Shown piece by piece: positions 1-13,611 of a stretch of DNA of 64,000 nt. The position numbers were made by a program, and so were the translations under genes. The DNA comes from Blasia pusilla (Eukaryota): positions 8,556,001-8,620,000 of the forward strand of contig CM114271.1 of NCBI GenBank assembly GCA_050084515.1, in the 5' to 3' direction. The notes under the pieces were generated by a model. The model had not been told where the DNA came from, did not search any database, and saw only the letters and a list, made by a program, of their open reading frames with translations. The stretch's first letter is position 1; every line of letters starts with the position of its first letter.

Positions 1-72
1 TTCCTTAGGTACTCATTCTCCTGGGTGTCTTTCATGTATCCCTCATGAATCCTTCTTTCGTGATCTCTTTCC

Positions 73-1400
73 TTGGGGAACATTGCTCTCAAGACCCGTG
101 TTGTCGATGGCATGTCCTCATCCCTACGACTCAACGCATCTGAAATGACATTATCCTTCCTTGGCTTGTGGATCAATTCCACATTCATCAATACCAAGGT
201 ATCATGCAATCGCAGTTGTTTTGGGGTCACTCGATTCTGGGTGTCAAAATACTTGAGTGATACGCTATCGGTGAACACTTGAGTCCTGTGAAGTCTAAAG
301 TAGTGACGCCACTTCCTCGAGCAATGAACCATCGTGAACAACTCTTTCTCATGAGTGGGTCACCTCTTGTTGGTGTCACTAAGCTTCTTGCTCTCATAGG
401 CTACAGGTCTCCCTTCTTGTACCAACATTCTTGCAATCGCAAAATCACTAGCATCACTATGCACCTCAAACGATAAGACGAACTCTGGAAGCTTCAATAC
501 TGGCTCCTGCGATAGGATCTCCTTGACTCGGTTGAGCGCGTCATTCACTTATTGGGTCCACGTCATATTAGCGTACTTCGCGGTCCAATCCGTGAGAGGT
601 CTCACAATTCTTGAAAATTTCCTCACACAGGTTCTATAGAATTGAACCGTGCCGATGAATCTCTTCATTCCCTTCACTGTGGAAGGCAATTTTCATTCGA
701 TGATCAATTTCACCTTGTCCATATTTGAACTAACTCCATTTGCGCTAACCACATGAGCCAAGAACTTGATCTTGCGCAACCTGAACTCACCCTTTTCCAT
801 ATTTGCATACAAATTGTTTTCCCTTAGTTTCAACAACACCGCTCTCAAGTGTCGAATGTGCTCCTCTAGTGACTTTGAATAGATGAGTATATCATCTATG
901 TAGATGATAACGAACTCATGATCATGTGTCTCCTCATGGAAAATTGAGTTCATCAATGTGGTGAACGTCGGAGGCGCATTACATAGACTGAAGGGCATCA
1001 CCACAAACTCGAACGAGTCATATCTTGTTCTACATGCTGTCTTCTCCACATCCGCTTTAGAAATCCAAATCTGGTAATATCCTGACTTCAAGTCAATCCT
1101 ACTAAAGTATTTCGCCCCCAAAAGTCTATCAAAGAGGTCATCAATCCTTGACAGAGGGTAATTTTTTCTCACCGTCACCTTATTCAGCACACGATAATCC
1201 ACACAAAGTCCCATTTTTCCATCCTTCTTCTTCACACAGAGAACATGTGCTCCTTACGGTGACTTGCTGGTACTGATGTAGCCCTTCTCCAAGAGCTCAC
1301 TTAATTGCTTTTTCAAATCATCAAATTCCTCCTGATTCAATCTTTATAGGGCCTTGGAAGGTGGTTGAGATCCGGGAATGACCTATATCTTATGATCAAT
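73..1400 (-). pseudogene. Gypsy RT-RNase H (family A), disrupted
   Basis: LCVDYRVLNK, SRIDLKSGYYQI, VMPFSLCNAP and IYIDDILIYS motifs, plus RNase H DASD. Confidence 0.93.
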
Positions 1401-3198
1401 TGCCCTATGTGGTGGCAACTTGTTCGAAACCTCATTCGTCAAGACATCACCAAACTCCTTCACCACTCTTTGGAATAGTTTTTGGATTCCCCTCGAAGTC
1501 GCATCCTAATCTCTACGCTTCTTGCATGTGGCTTTCTCTACCTGTCTCATTAAGCAAAGAAACCCATCTTCCATCTCGGTCAAAATCCTTCTCGTAATGG
1601 CGTTTACCAACTCATTTTTCACATGAACCTCACGAACCAACCTCAATTGCAACCATTTTCCTTTCACTAAGACGTTCAACCTAAACGATCTCCGCCTCAG
1701 CCCCACCTCATATGCATCCAAGAATGTATTGCCCAAGACCCCGTCAATACCATTCATCTCGCACATGGTGAAATTCTCCTTCAACTCGAATACTCGGCAT
1801 CATATTGTGAGTCTAGCACCAACTTGGAAGTTCGATGAGACTTGCCTCCAACAAAGCCTACTCGGATGGGCTAGTCGGCCTTGGAGGTTGACAGAACCAA
1901 CTCCTTCATAATTCTCAGGCTTAGGAAGGAGTGCATCGTACCTGTATCCACGAGCAACATCACATCACAATTAGAAATCTTTGATCTCAAGTACACCAAG
2001 TTGGGCGTCCTCTTGGTGATTTGAAGAGACATCTCTAGACCTCCGCCAACAAGTGCTTAGCAGCTAACGCAATCATACTCCAAGTACTAACCTTTGGTTT
2101 GGAGTATCCCTTTGCCATGTGCTTAGGTTTTCCACAGTTGTAGCATATCACCTTGCTGTTTTCCGACTTCGGATGCTACGCTCCTTTTGGCTTAGCATGG
2201 TGTTCCTGTCGCTTTGCCGCCGGGTTGAGAGACTCTTCTTGGTCACGCTCAACTCCACTTCAGACTCTCTTGGATGCCCCTTGTTCTTCAAACTCTTCAA
2301 AAAAAATTTGGTCTCAAAGGGCCTTGGTGTTTGGACCTCATCGTCCCCAATCCACTCCGCTAGCCTCAAAAGTTCCACATAGGTGTTAGGCAACTCCGGC
2401 ATTCTGCACACGGCCTTCTCCGCACTCGATTTAAGTCCAATAATAAAGATCACCTTCTACACAGCCTCATCAATCTTAGGAATGGAGATCAAATTTGCGT
2501 TGAACTCCCTCACATAAGCGCTAAGGGACCCGGTCTCCCGTAGCCGCACGAGCACTATCGTATCGCAAAGTTCTTTGTACTCCAGAGTGAATCGATCAAC
2601 AATCAACACCTTTAACTCCTCCCAATGCAGAGGTGAATCACCAGCCACATGTTCTTCTCGTTGAGTTTTCCACCATTATAGCGCATGATCCCTTAGGAAC
2701 GTGACTGCCACTATCACCTTATCCTGCTCCGCTACCCTCTGCGCCTGGAAGTAGAGTTCCAACTTTGTAAGGAAATCCTTTACCTTTTGAGAATGACCCA
2801 CTCCAGTGAATGGCATGGGCACGTTCTTCTTGCACAACTTTTTCCTGGAACTCGAAGATCGGTCTGACTCAAGCTCTCGAATCTATGTGCTTTGCTAGGA
2901 TATTTTCTCGGTCATCAGCTTCATTAAGTCCATCATTTGGGCATAGAATGTTGGGTCACTTGAGTTTGGAGTCAATGGCCCTGCCAAAGGGTAAACATTT
3001 GGGACATCCTCATGTCTCGTGTGCGGCACCTCGAGAGTCAGAGTCTCCTCCACGGGCTCTTGATTCGGCATCGGTTCGTCTCTCGATTCACGTCGCTTGA
3101 TTTGGCATTTCCGTGGTTCATCACCTGCAGTCACCATCTTCAAGATACCTCACTCAGATCTCCTCCTTGTTTCTTATGTCCCTCCCTGAGTGTCCGGG

Positions 3199-4056
3199 TG
3201 TGATACTTTCAACTTTCAAAATTTTGAGGATAGGCACAATTTTGTATCAAAAAGAGTACAAAAGTCTTCAGAAATGACTTTCAGAGCAGATAGGAAAGTA
3301 GGAAAGTTATGACTAGCGGATTCATAGGGATCACATGAAGAGTCAAGAGAACCGTAGATTACAGTAGTGTAAAGATCCCAAGAGGTGCCTACTTAGCCAG
3401 AAGCGCTTCAGATCCTTGGTACAGACCTTGTTTGAAAGGCTATTTAAAGATCATCAATGTAGTTCCCACTACCATTCCCTTAGGACATCCTTATGCTATA
3501 GGAATGGTCGAGAAAGGGAGCAGTACCCTCTCGCGCTTGTAAACACTTTGAAGCCTTCTTGCTCTTAATGGAATAGTAAAGACCTCATTTCTTCATTCTG
3601 ATGTGCAGCGTATATGCATGAGTGATCTGATTGGGTTTGCGGAGTGAGGAGTGAGGAGTGGATTGGAAGACCAGCTTTCACCAAAAGAAAAATCAATTGT
3701 GAGATGTGAGAAATATGTTTGATAGAGAGTAGCCTGCCAAGACGGATTGAGTTTTGAGAGTAGGAGAAGCCATCTAGTTGCTAAAATCTCTGTCAAGTTC
3801 TTTGGTATTGAGTGAGAATGTGCTTGAGTATTCGTCCTATTCCACTTGAGAGGACACATGGAAGGAAATCTTGGTACTTGAGAGAAGAAGAATGACATGA
3901 TGAATATTTGAATCAAATTTGTATACACACAATTATAATTTTTACATGATAACAACATACATTAAGCTCTCTTTTCAGATAATAGTGATCTTCTTGGGGA
4001 TTGAACTTCATAAATAATCATAAAAAGATCATTTTCTATTATCTTTGTACATTATA
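3199..4056 (+). mobile_element. Solo LTR related to family B, inserted in the family A gag
   Basis: Starts TGTGATAC; homologous to ~6380-7110; flanked by CCGGG (3194-3198) and CTGGG (4057-4061), a 5-bp TSD with one C>T change. Confidence 0.8.
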
Positions 4057-4150
4057 CTGGGCCTTGCGGCTACCTTGGGTTTCCCCCAAGCGTCTGGTTG
4101 CTCCCATGACCCCAAGTTCTCACTCACCAAGGATAAGCTCTGATACTACA

Positions 4151-5116
4151 TGTCGTGCGACTACTTCTTTTGAATGTCAATCTTAGAGTTGCAGAAGCGT
4201 ACGTTCAGTAGGACATGCTCTCAACGCCACCCTGCACCCAAACACACTTACGATAGTCTGGTTTGGGTCAAACGGCCTTCCCTCATTCCTAGGCTCCCCA
4301 TACGAGCAAGTCTTCCGAGACTTTAACAAATTTTTTTGGTTAGTCTAAGCACCTTAAACGATGTCAGAGCGCCTAGCGGTCCCAACTCTCCAATAGACCT
4401 TGCATCAGTCCCCAACCAAGACTCAAAAATATGAGTTGCAAGTTGGAATCCAAAAGGGACCTCCAAAATCCATTCTATTGGACTTGGTTCGGGTTCCGAA
4501 GACCAACGCCAAAACTCCCGATCCATTCGGTGCCCTTGAGTCGCCTCGCGGCGCCAAAAGTGGGGTTTGAGTTCCAAAGCACCCTTGGAGACTTTCCCCC
4601 TTACTAGTACTTATGGGGACTCTCGGCCTCCCCCTAACTTTGGGGAAGGACCACCCAAGCCCCTCTTTTTGGCCCTCAACCCGACTTCCCATACTCCCCG
4701 TCGGATTTGGCCCATATGTCTGCTTTTGCTTGAGCGTTTGCAAAGATATTTGATGTGTTAGAATTTACTCAACATGAGCTTCCCAACGCTACCTTATTTG
4801 TCCCAAATGCATAATGAGACTAAAAGTTATGGTCAAAACTACAGTCAAAAACTCCAAACGTAAGCCGCGTCCCTAGTCCGGTTCTCACCCCATAGCCACG
4901 TCTCCTCTAAGACTCGACTTCTCTTAAGTCTAGGTTCCGCTTTTGGATCTAGTCTCCTTAGTCGCGAAAAAAAATGCATGAAACACTTGAAACGCTTGCC
5001 TCGCTTGGGCCTCACACTTCTGTTTTCCTAACTCCAAAGCAAATACCATCCTAGTGTGAGCTCTTTAGAGTTTGGATGTTTCGCTTGGTACTCGTTTGGT
5101 TACGAGGGTTGCAAAA
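4151..5116 (-). repeat. 5' LTR of the family A element
   Basis: Adjacent to the PBS; homologous to solo LTRs at 42743, 51082 and 55352. Confidence 0.85.
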
Positions 5117-5299
5117 GATGCCCCCAACAATCCTTGTCAGTTTTTGTTGGAAGGGTTAATGGACAAACCAATTTGAAATTGTCGTAGATCAAGAAGCTTT
5201 GTATGTTGTGGAAGAAACAGTGCGCAATTTTGGGATGGGACAAGAAAATTATGGTCGATCTTGCAAGCTCCCATAGTTGCCATTGCAATTTCAAAAAAA

Positions 5300-5800
5300 A
5301 TTAGGGTAAAAACTTTAAATCCTAAAATTGAAACCGTCACCGTCATCGTCACCATTTCCATTGATGTTCACCATTTTCTACGATTTTGGATGTCTGTCGT
5401 CGCCATCGCCATTCAACGCCGCGTCTGGCCGCTGCCGCCAAACTTGGTCGAGTCCCTCCATGCCACCACCATTTGTGCCCTCCTTGGCTTCAACAAGATG
5501 ACCTTGAATTTCATGGGGTTGAATTTTTTGTCTCACTTTGCTATGCTTTGAGAGTTGTAGCTGCTCGACGACGATCAAGTACCGTGTCGTGACACTTGCA
5601 ACTGCAACGCGAGATACCGTTGATGGCCGCACTGCACCGTCTTGATTGCATAGCCACACCATTATTGAGGAGCAGAGCGTGTGTTGTTGAAAGAGGAGGG
5701 TATGTTTTTGAATGCCGCATCCCATCACCGAGTGTCGTGCCGTTTGTAGCCGTTCCGTGTCGCACCGTACTATTGTACCCGCACTGCACAAGGGGGCTGG
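5300..5800 (+). repeat. Unclassified dispersed repeat, related copy at ~31050-31640
   Basis: Shared blocks: gtgtcgtgacacttgcaactgcaacgcg (~5584) vs gtgtcatgacacttgtagccgcaacgcg (~31398); gtgtcgcaccgtac...ccgcactgcac vs gtgtcgtaccgtat...ccgcactacac. Confidence 0.5.
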
Positions 5801-5897
5801 TATTCTGGAAGGAGAGAGTAAGAGAGGAGAGGAAGAGAGGAAGAGAGGAGAGTCTCTCTCCAAAAAAAGGGCCAAATCCTTAAACTATCTTCAAAAT

Positions 5898-8800
5898 TGT
5901 GATATCCACAATTTTGTACTTTTGATGAAATATATCTTTTTATTGAACAAAGACTTGTATATACATTATGATTTTGATTATTATATATTATTATGGTGAG
6001 GAAGGAGTAAGATTAAAGTGAATCACGAAGCTCCAAGGACAAGGTAGAGAGATAGAAAATCAAGGATTTGCCTAAGAGGAGAGGAGAATAAAATAATGAA
6101 GTCTCTAGACCCAACAAGAAGCTTCGGAACGACAACAAAGCTCTATGAAGTGCTTTGCTCTATAACGAAGCATAAAGAAGCATGAAGAAGAAGAGAAAGA
6201 AATACAAAGCAGAAAGAACGAATCACCTAGAACAAGAACAAAGAATGGAGAGCTTCGTCTTCAGATTAGGAGAAAGAGCTTCGTCATCAAGCGAAGCAAA
6301 AGAGGTCCAGACTTAGAAGCGAAGCTAAGATTGACAGTGATTTCAAGCGACACATAGTTAGAAGAGTTAGAATAGGAAAAGACGCAACCCTTTGTATCAA
6401 ATTGGTAGTTATGACAGTTTTGTTCTGCGGATTCATAGGGATCTCAGGAAAAGCAAAGAGCACCATAGATCTAGGTAGTTACAAATGTTGAAGAGCCACC
6501 AGCTTCATAAAAAATGCTTCGAATCTTTGGATCATTCCTCCTTCAGAGAGTATGTAAGAAGCATAGAAGTAGCTATCATTATCATTCTCTTACGAAGTCC
6601 TCGTGCTATAGAAATGCTCCGAGCAAGGGAGTAGTACCCTCTTGAGCTTGTATACACTTTGAAGCTTTCTCATTCTTGATGGAGTAGTAAAGCAATCATT
6701 CATTCATTCTGATGTGCGATGCTTATGTCTGAGTATTATTTTTGGGTCTGCAGAGTGAAGAGTGAATCAGGAGAACCTTTATCATCAATGGAATAATCAA
6801 CATAAAGTTGGTAGGAAAACTGTTTGACAGAGAGTAGCCTGCCGAGACGGATTGAGTTCCAAAAGTAGGAGAAGCCAGCTTTCATGTTGAGGTCTCTGTG
6901 ATGTTTCTTGATATCGAGAGGAAATTTACCTGAACATGCTGTCAACTCCACTAGAGAGAATTGAGAAAAGAAACTTTGGTACTAAGAAAGATCCAAAGAT
7001 ATTGATAAGACATTGAATATAAATCATACACATTTAAATACAACTATTACAACAGAATTATAATTTCAAACTCTCTTTTCATCAAACAATGATCCTCTTG
7101 GGGATCGAACCATAAAATTTTTGGCGCCGCTGCGGGGGATCATAAGCTTTGTTGGAGAGGGAGAGAGACACATGGGGAATCCAAGAGTCGAGAAAGAAGC
7201 CTCATCTCCTAGAAGATCCAACCAGCTAGTTCTTACTGAAGACCATATGCTATCTCTAGCTATCCCCCTAAGACAATGGATGAAAGAAGATAACAACCGG
7301 TTTGCTGCATTGGTGCTAGAAAAGATATAACAATTAATTAGTATTGTCAAAGAACCAGTCGCCGAACGGTGCTTCGCCCATGAACTTCAGTTGTACTTGG
7401 TGATGACCCAGTACTTCTATTTATGGGAGGAAAACCGGGCAGGAAGATTAAGAGCACTTGCACACTCCTGTAGGCTTTAGGAATTAGGAAGATCTAATTT
7501 CCCTCCAATTTTCCTATGTATATTCATAAGCAAGAATTGACAACCGATGAGGTGCTGGATTGGTCACAAGTTACTCCCGTCCGCTTACCAAGAAAGAGCG
7601 GAACGGTTACTAGTGGAAGCCGCGAAGTCACCCTGCCACGCAAAGCAACCCCAAAGCAACATCCACATACTTCGGCTTCACAGAAGGATGTGGAGTTCAC
7701 CGAATTGCCAAGACCGTAGCGCGGCAGAGTTAATTTTGAAACACCCTCTGAAACAGAGCCCGCAACCCACGAGGACTCCAACAAGATGCCTCGTGCTAGC
7801 AATCATCGTCCTGCTCTACGTCTCATGTCCCAGACAGCCAACGATATGGTGTGGTTCCTGAATTTGACTGTCTTGGTCATGAATCAACTACAACAAGTTC
7901 TCCACCTGGAAGACACAACCGCGATGGACCAGTATTTACAAGCGCTTGATGACCTCAACTGTAGGGCCCAAGCTTCGTCAGAGAACAAAGCATAGCGCAA
8001 AATGGTAGAAACAAACCTTCAACTGCGGGATCAAGAACTCGAAGACACTACGACGACACTTTGCAAAGTTCAAAGCGACTTGGTCCAGAGTCAATACGAA
8101 GCACGGAACGCACGCCAATGGGAGAGCTTGGCGATTAACATGGAGTGTGGGGCTGATCAGTTAGCTTTGCAGGTCAAGGAAGCTTTGCAACTGATTCAAC
8201 AATACCGACACCAAGTGCATCGTATCAGCCACGAATTCAAGAAATTGGCCACACAAGAACATCAAGAAACAAACAAAGACTTAGTGGCACACATCTCGGA
8301 GGCTACGGGTAAGATCGTTGTCTTGGAGGCAGAACAGAAGCTGCTCAAAGAAGTGCAGTTAGACCCAAAAGATGTCAAGGAGTTCGTCGACAAAGCAGGC
8401 AAGAGTTTCGATTATCAGATGAGCGAGGAGATCGCCTATATCAACAAACATTGGAAGCGAAAATTTGACAACCATACCAAGTCTCTCCCGGAAGTTGTCC
8501 CCAACATCCCAATTACTCTTGAAGAACTCCCACTATTTACTCCATCCGATGTCTTAGTCCAGAACGAAGTAATAGGAAGCTTGCTTGTTGTTTACAAATG
8601 GCGAGAGAAAATGAAAAATCACACCCCCAACATTATCAACAAACCTTCCACTATTCATGGTCGTTTGGGGCCTTCACCTGAGTTTGATAGTTTAGATGAT
8701 ACTTTTTATGGAATTAGAAGAAACATCATGAAGTGTTCGCCGGGGCGGCTCACATTTGAGGGAGGGGGTATGTGATACCCATAATTTTGTACTTTTGAAG

Positions 8801-9977
8801 AATTACATCTTTTTATTCAAAGAAGACTTGTATATACATTATGATTTTGATATTATGGTTGCGTAGTAGAAGAATGAGTGAGATTGAAGTGAATCACGAA
8901 GCTTCAAGGACAAGGTAGAGAGATAGAAAATCAAGGATTTTCCTGAGAGGAGAGGAGAATAAAATAACGAAGTCTAAAGACCCAGCAAGAAGCTTCGAAA
9001 GGACAATGAAGCTCTGTTAAGACCTTGTCTATGAAGTGCTTCGCTCCTGAATGAAGCATGAAGCATGAAGAATAAGAGAAAGAAGTACTTCGCTCTTGAA
9101 CGAAGCACGAAGAACGAAGCACTTGGAACAAGAATAAAGAATGGAGCGCTTCGTCTTCGGATGAGGAGAAAGATCTTTGTCCTCAAGCGAAGCAAAAGAG
9201 GTCCAGACTTAGCAGCAAAGCAAAGCTAAGATTGATAGTGATTTCAAGCCACATATAGTTAGAACAGTTAGAATAGGAAAAGGCGCAACTCTTTGCATCA
9301 GATAGGTAGTTATGACAGTTTTGTTCTGCGGATTCATAGGGATCTTAGGAAAAGAGAAGAATACCATAGATCTAGGTAGTTACAAATGTTGAAGAGACAC
9401 CAGCTTCATCAAGAACGCTTAGAATCTTTGGAACACGCCTACTTCAGAGAGTATTTAAGAAACATGAAAGTAGCTATCATCATCATTCTTTCACGAAGTC
9501 CTTATGCTGTAGGAATGGTCCGAGCAAGGGAGTAGTACCCTCTCGTGCTTGTATACACTTTGAAGTTTTCTCATTCTTGATGGAGTAGTAAAGCACTCAT
9601 TCCTTCATTCTGATGTGCGATGCGTATGTCTGAGTATTCTTTTTGGTATGCAGAGTGAAGAGTGAATCAGGCGAACCTTTCTCATCAATGGAATAATCAA
9701 CATGGAGTTGTAGGAAATCTGTTTGACAGAGAGTAGCCTACCGAGACGGATTGAGTTCTGACAGTAGGAGAAGCCAGCTTTCTTGTTGAGATCTCTGTGA
9801 GGTTTCCTGATGTCGAGAGGAAATTTACCTGAGCATGCTATCAACTCCACTAGAGAGAATTGAGAAAAGAAACTTTGGTACTAAGAAAGATCCGAAGATA
9901 TTGATAAGACATTGAATCTAAATTATTCACACCTAAATACAACTATTATAACATAATTGTAATTTGGAACTCTCTTT
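5898..9977 (+). mobile_element. Non-autonomous LTR element, family B (Athila/Tat-like): LTR-PBS-single accessory ORF-PPT-LTR
   Basis: LTRs 5898-~7115 and 8771-9977 (3' LTR truncated by ~40 bp), both starting TGTGATA; PBS TGGCGCCGCTGCGGGG 7122-7137; PPT gagggagggggta 8758-8770; no gag or pol motifs in between. Confidence 0.88.
7172..8775 (+). pseudogene. Family B accessory ORF with coiled-coil C-terminal half, interrupted
   Basis: ATG 7172, then ORF pieces 7516-7719, 7786-7995 and 8002-8775; YEARNARQWESLA also found at 47473-47715 (-). Confidence 0.65.
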
Positions 9978-10715
9978 AGGAGGGGTCACTCGCACGGGAG
10001 CAGCTGCACCGTCTAGTCGGGTTGGTCCCATGTTCAACCCTGTGGTTGAGTTCTTTGCTGAGTTGAGGGCGAGCTACCAGGGGGTACACACGGAGAAGTT
10101 GCGGAGCATCCACGACTTCCAGAGGCACCCGAGTGAGAGTTTGCGTGAGGCTTACACTCGCTTGCATCGGTTGATCAACGTCACTAAGTGGGTGACAGAG
10201 GCTCATGCTATCCAGTCATGGTACGCGATTCTGGACCGGATCCTACGGACACGGGTGCGGGAGGGGTGCTTCTTATGAACACCTCCCCTACGTTGAGAGA
10301 TGTTTTTAGGACCGCCGAGAACATTGAGCGCAACATGGCGGAGGAGAGCGTAGCCACCATGGGTTCTGGGCGAGAGCAGTCACGATTGTCTACACTACCC
10401 GTGCAGCAACGTGGACTCCGAGATAGGTCGATTGTGGCACCATGAGCTCAAGGAGGATACCGGGAGGCCCTGCCCTAGAGACATGCGCCTTCATATGCGG
10501 CTCAGCAGCAGCCGCCTACTATTACTTTTTGGTCATGTGGTGGAGCCCATCATCAGCGCGATTGCACTCGTCATGCTCATGGACGTGTGCCTCAGCATGG
10601 AGAAGGAGATGGTGTTGCACCAAGAGGTTATCAGTGTGACTATTGTCAAAGGTATGGTCATACACGTGCCAAGTGTTTCAGTCTACATCCTGAGTTACGT
10701 CCGGACTGATGGCTA
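9978..10715 (+). pseudogene. gag with two CCHC zinc knuckles (family M)
   Basis: FQRHPSESLREAYTRL capsid-like motif; (F)WSCGGAHHQRDC at ~10527 and CDYCQRYGHTRAKC at ~10635. Confidence 0.8.
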
Positions 10716-11372
10716 GAGAGGGCACCAGAGCGAGTAGTCGGTCCGGATGGGCCTAGAGATCGTGCACCAAGTGGTCCCGTTGGGGGACGAGGAGCTGGAG
10801 TTGCCCGACAGGGTGGTGGAGCGGCCCGTGGAGGAGGTAGAGTCCTACTACCTAGACGTGTCGAAGGAGATGATGGGCGTGAGGCTAGGATGGCTGATCA
10901 GATACATCAGCAACAGGAGCAGATTGCCGCTATGGCATTCAGATTATCCGATGCCGGATCCAAGGCATCAACATCATATGGAGCAGCGAGAGATATGGAG
11001 GATCCTGGTTGGATGTGCGGGGTTGCCTAGATGGAGGCCGCCGCAGTTGTGACGCGTGGAGCAGCCGTAAAGTTGGATCCACAGCGAGGGGAAGCCAAGA
11101 AATAGACTAGTCTCCCTCAATCTTTCACGTTGTCCAAGGCGATGAGGACCCCATCGATGGGTCCTGATCAGAGTTCCTGGAGAGTTGGTGTGCAGGCACG
11201 GAGGGCGATGGGAGAAGAGAGTCCGATGACTCCTATTGTCGATGCTCAGGAGGGGCATGTGTCGAGCACGTTGTTGGGGGCGGCCACCATTGTGTACCGC
11301 ACTCCTTTATTTTCTGCTTCCGATGTTATGACGTTGGGGGGTACGGCTGCCGAGGCTTTTTGACTAGCCGCT

Positions 11373-12000
11373 ATGCTACGTGAGCGTGGAGTTGGAATTC
11401 TTGCATCACGTTCAGAGGTGATTGCAAAGGAGGTGATGGACCTGCCCTTGGAGCGGATGCTCGGGCCGTCCATATCAGATTCATGGCAGGCTGCGGCTGC
11501 TAGGATGGCGGAGATGCCTGCTAGACCCGCGATAGAGCGTGCCATGGCTTCTCCTAGTGTTGTGTTGCAGGATAAACGAGGAGAGGTCTTCCAGTTGATG
11601 AGTCCCAGAGGTAGAGCTTTTAGTCCGCAACGTGTCTTGTTGGATTCAGGAGTGCAACCCCTAATGTTGGGGAAAGCATCATTCAGAAGATTGGGCTTGA
11701 CGAGAGCCAATGTGGAGCATTGTCCATTCCGGATACAGACATCCTTGGGTGGAGCGAGTACTACACACTATATCACCCGACAGGAGGTCGTGGTGAGGAT
11801 TCGCCCGGGACATCCTACACATGAGTCCGTGGTGCGAGCCAAGGCGATAGTGACTTATGCAGAGTCCTACGACGTCTTGGTTGGTGGAGCAGTGTTATAC
11901 CCGATGGGGTTTTCCCTGGATTACTGGGAGATGTCAGCATCCTACAGATCAGGATGGCAGTCAAGTGATGGGTGCCTTAGCTCATTACCCGTTCGATTCA
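11373..12000 (+). pseudogene. Retroviral-like aspartic protease (family M)
   Basis: RVLLDSG...YDVLVGG in ORF 11373-12368. Confidence 0.8.
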
Positions 12001-12358
12001 CATGTGCAGTGATCGAGCAACGGCCAGGAGAGATGGCGACCTTAGCAGTATTTAGCAGTGCCATCACTTGGCCTAGTGATTTGATTGAGGGACATGTCCA
12101 TGCAGAGGATACACCCATTCCTGACATTTCTATGGAGAGGAGTGTTATGGTAGCCGCATCATTCCATGGAGGAGAGGTGCCGTTGTGGGGCTCGACTGAG
12201 GAGCTTCGACGATTGGCAGATGAGCACATGCAAACCGCGTGGAGCAAGGCGTTTGCATCGGAGCATGACGGGTCTGAGGAACCCGAGGTAGCAAGGAGTG
12301 CTACGATGACACCCTTGGATACCACACCCTTTTTTGGTGTACCCCAGAGGAGGGTATT

Positions 12359-13290
12359 CGAGTGTTAGATCTCTTTGGAGGGATTACCACCGGGTTAGCT
12401 GTTGTTTTTCAGGTAGGAGTACAAGTGCAGCAGTACCCGTATGTGGAGAGTGATGATGTTGCAAGGCGCATCTCACTACAACATGTGGCGCAATTACCAC
12501 TATGTTTTCCCGACTTATTGTTTGCGTACATGGTACAGGGGATCCAGAGTTCCCTACCAAGGGATATTTCGTTGTTGGGGGCGCAGGACTTAGACCGATT
12601 AGGCACCATTGATTTGGTCATTGCCGGTTGGCCATATTAGGGCGAATCGAGTCTTGGACGAGGCAGCGGGTTGGCTAACACTCGGTCCAGGTTGTTTTGG
12701 GTGATGTTGAGGGTTTAGTCTCATTCTCCATCCTATATTTTGGAGAATGATCCGATCTTAGGAGACTCCATGTCACGGGTGGTAACGAGTGCTCATCAGG
12801 TGCATGACTGGATCGGCCCAGCAATGTTCTTGGATGCGGCGAGTGTAGGTTCTAGAGCCCATCGCCCGCGTCTATGGTGGACCAACTTGGTGTCCCATGC
12901 GATGTTACGGAGGGCGTATGCGAGAGTGGAGCGCCCCTCCCATTTGTTAGTGGATTCCATTCTGGATCCAAGTCTTCGCTCACAAGCAGTGAGGCACGAT
13001 GATCGGCCACCATTGACTATGGTCAACAGGGTAGGCAAGCCGCAGGCAGCCTTTCCAACGTTTGTGAGTTTTCCCGCTTCTTATGCATACAAGGAGGCTG
13101 GTCTTGGCTTGGTTTGGGATGACCACGTTCAGAGGTTGGTGGAGCCCAACGCCGACGAGAGAGAGCGGGCGATGGGATTTCCCACAAGAGTGACGGCAGT
13201 ACCGTCAGTATCAGAGGCATCACGACGCCATGTCTTGGGTCACGCGATGGACCTGAACAACTTGACATGGATCTTCAGCTTGGGAGTGGC
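12359..13290 (+). pseudogene. DNMT3-like DNA (cytosine-5) methyltransferase domain within gypsy pol
   Basis: Motifs in order: I LDLFGG (12365); II YVE; III DI; IV IDLVIAGWPY*G (degenerate WPCQG, 12626-12643); VI YILEND (12743); VIII AHRPRLWWTN (12857); IX ERAMGFP (~13163); X RRHVLGHAM (~13222). Confidence 0.9.
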
Positions 13291-13611
13291 TGAGCAACGT
13301 CGGATGAGATCGCGACAAATCACAACAGTTGTGTTGGTGAGCCCCATGCCTATCGAGACGATGGAGGCAGTGGCTAGGGGCGAGACCCGAGGAGATCGAC
13401 ACACCAGGGGAGATCAAGAGAGACACCCTTGGACTTCTTGGGATGTTTTGCAGGTACGCCAGGAGATGAGAGCGTGGTTCCGGGCACTGCATGTGGAGGA
13501 GATCAGAGTTTGCATTTGGCTGAAGGAGAGCGGTCGAGTGTTGTTGTTCGAGACGGGGTCGCACCATAGCAACCACCGATATCCGCGCCGGAGAGTCCTA
13601 CCGTAGTCACG

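Larger units (their letters stand above)
1..5116 (-). mobile_element. Ty3/gypsy LTR retrotransposon, family A (5' part, runs off the window start), degenerate
   Basis: Minus strand: 5' LTR 4151-5116; tRNA-Met PBS (gctctgatacta 4137-4148); gag from ATG 4107 with zinc knuckle CYNCGKPKH (~2105-2145); protease VMLLVDTGT (~1940-1965); RT (ORF 693-1235, YIDD); RNase H (VHSDASDFA, ORF 360-548). Many stops and frameshifts. Confidence 0.93.

Noticed and set aside
7122-7138. tRNA gene
   Set aside because: Only a short complement to a tRNA 3' end, i.e. a primer-binding site
12359-13290. Host DNMT3/DRM gene or bacterial restriction-modification MTase contamination
   Set aside because: Intronless, embedded between protease and RT, and found at the same position in three TE copies
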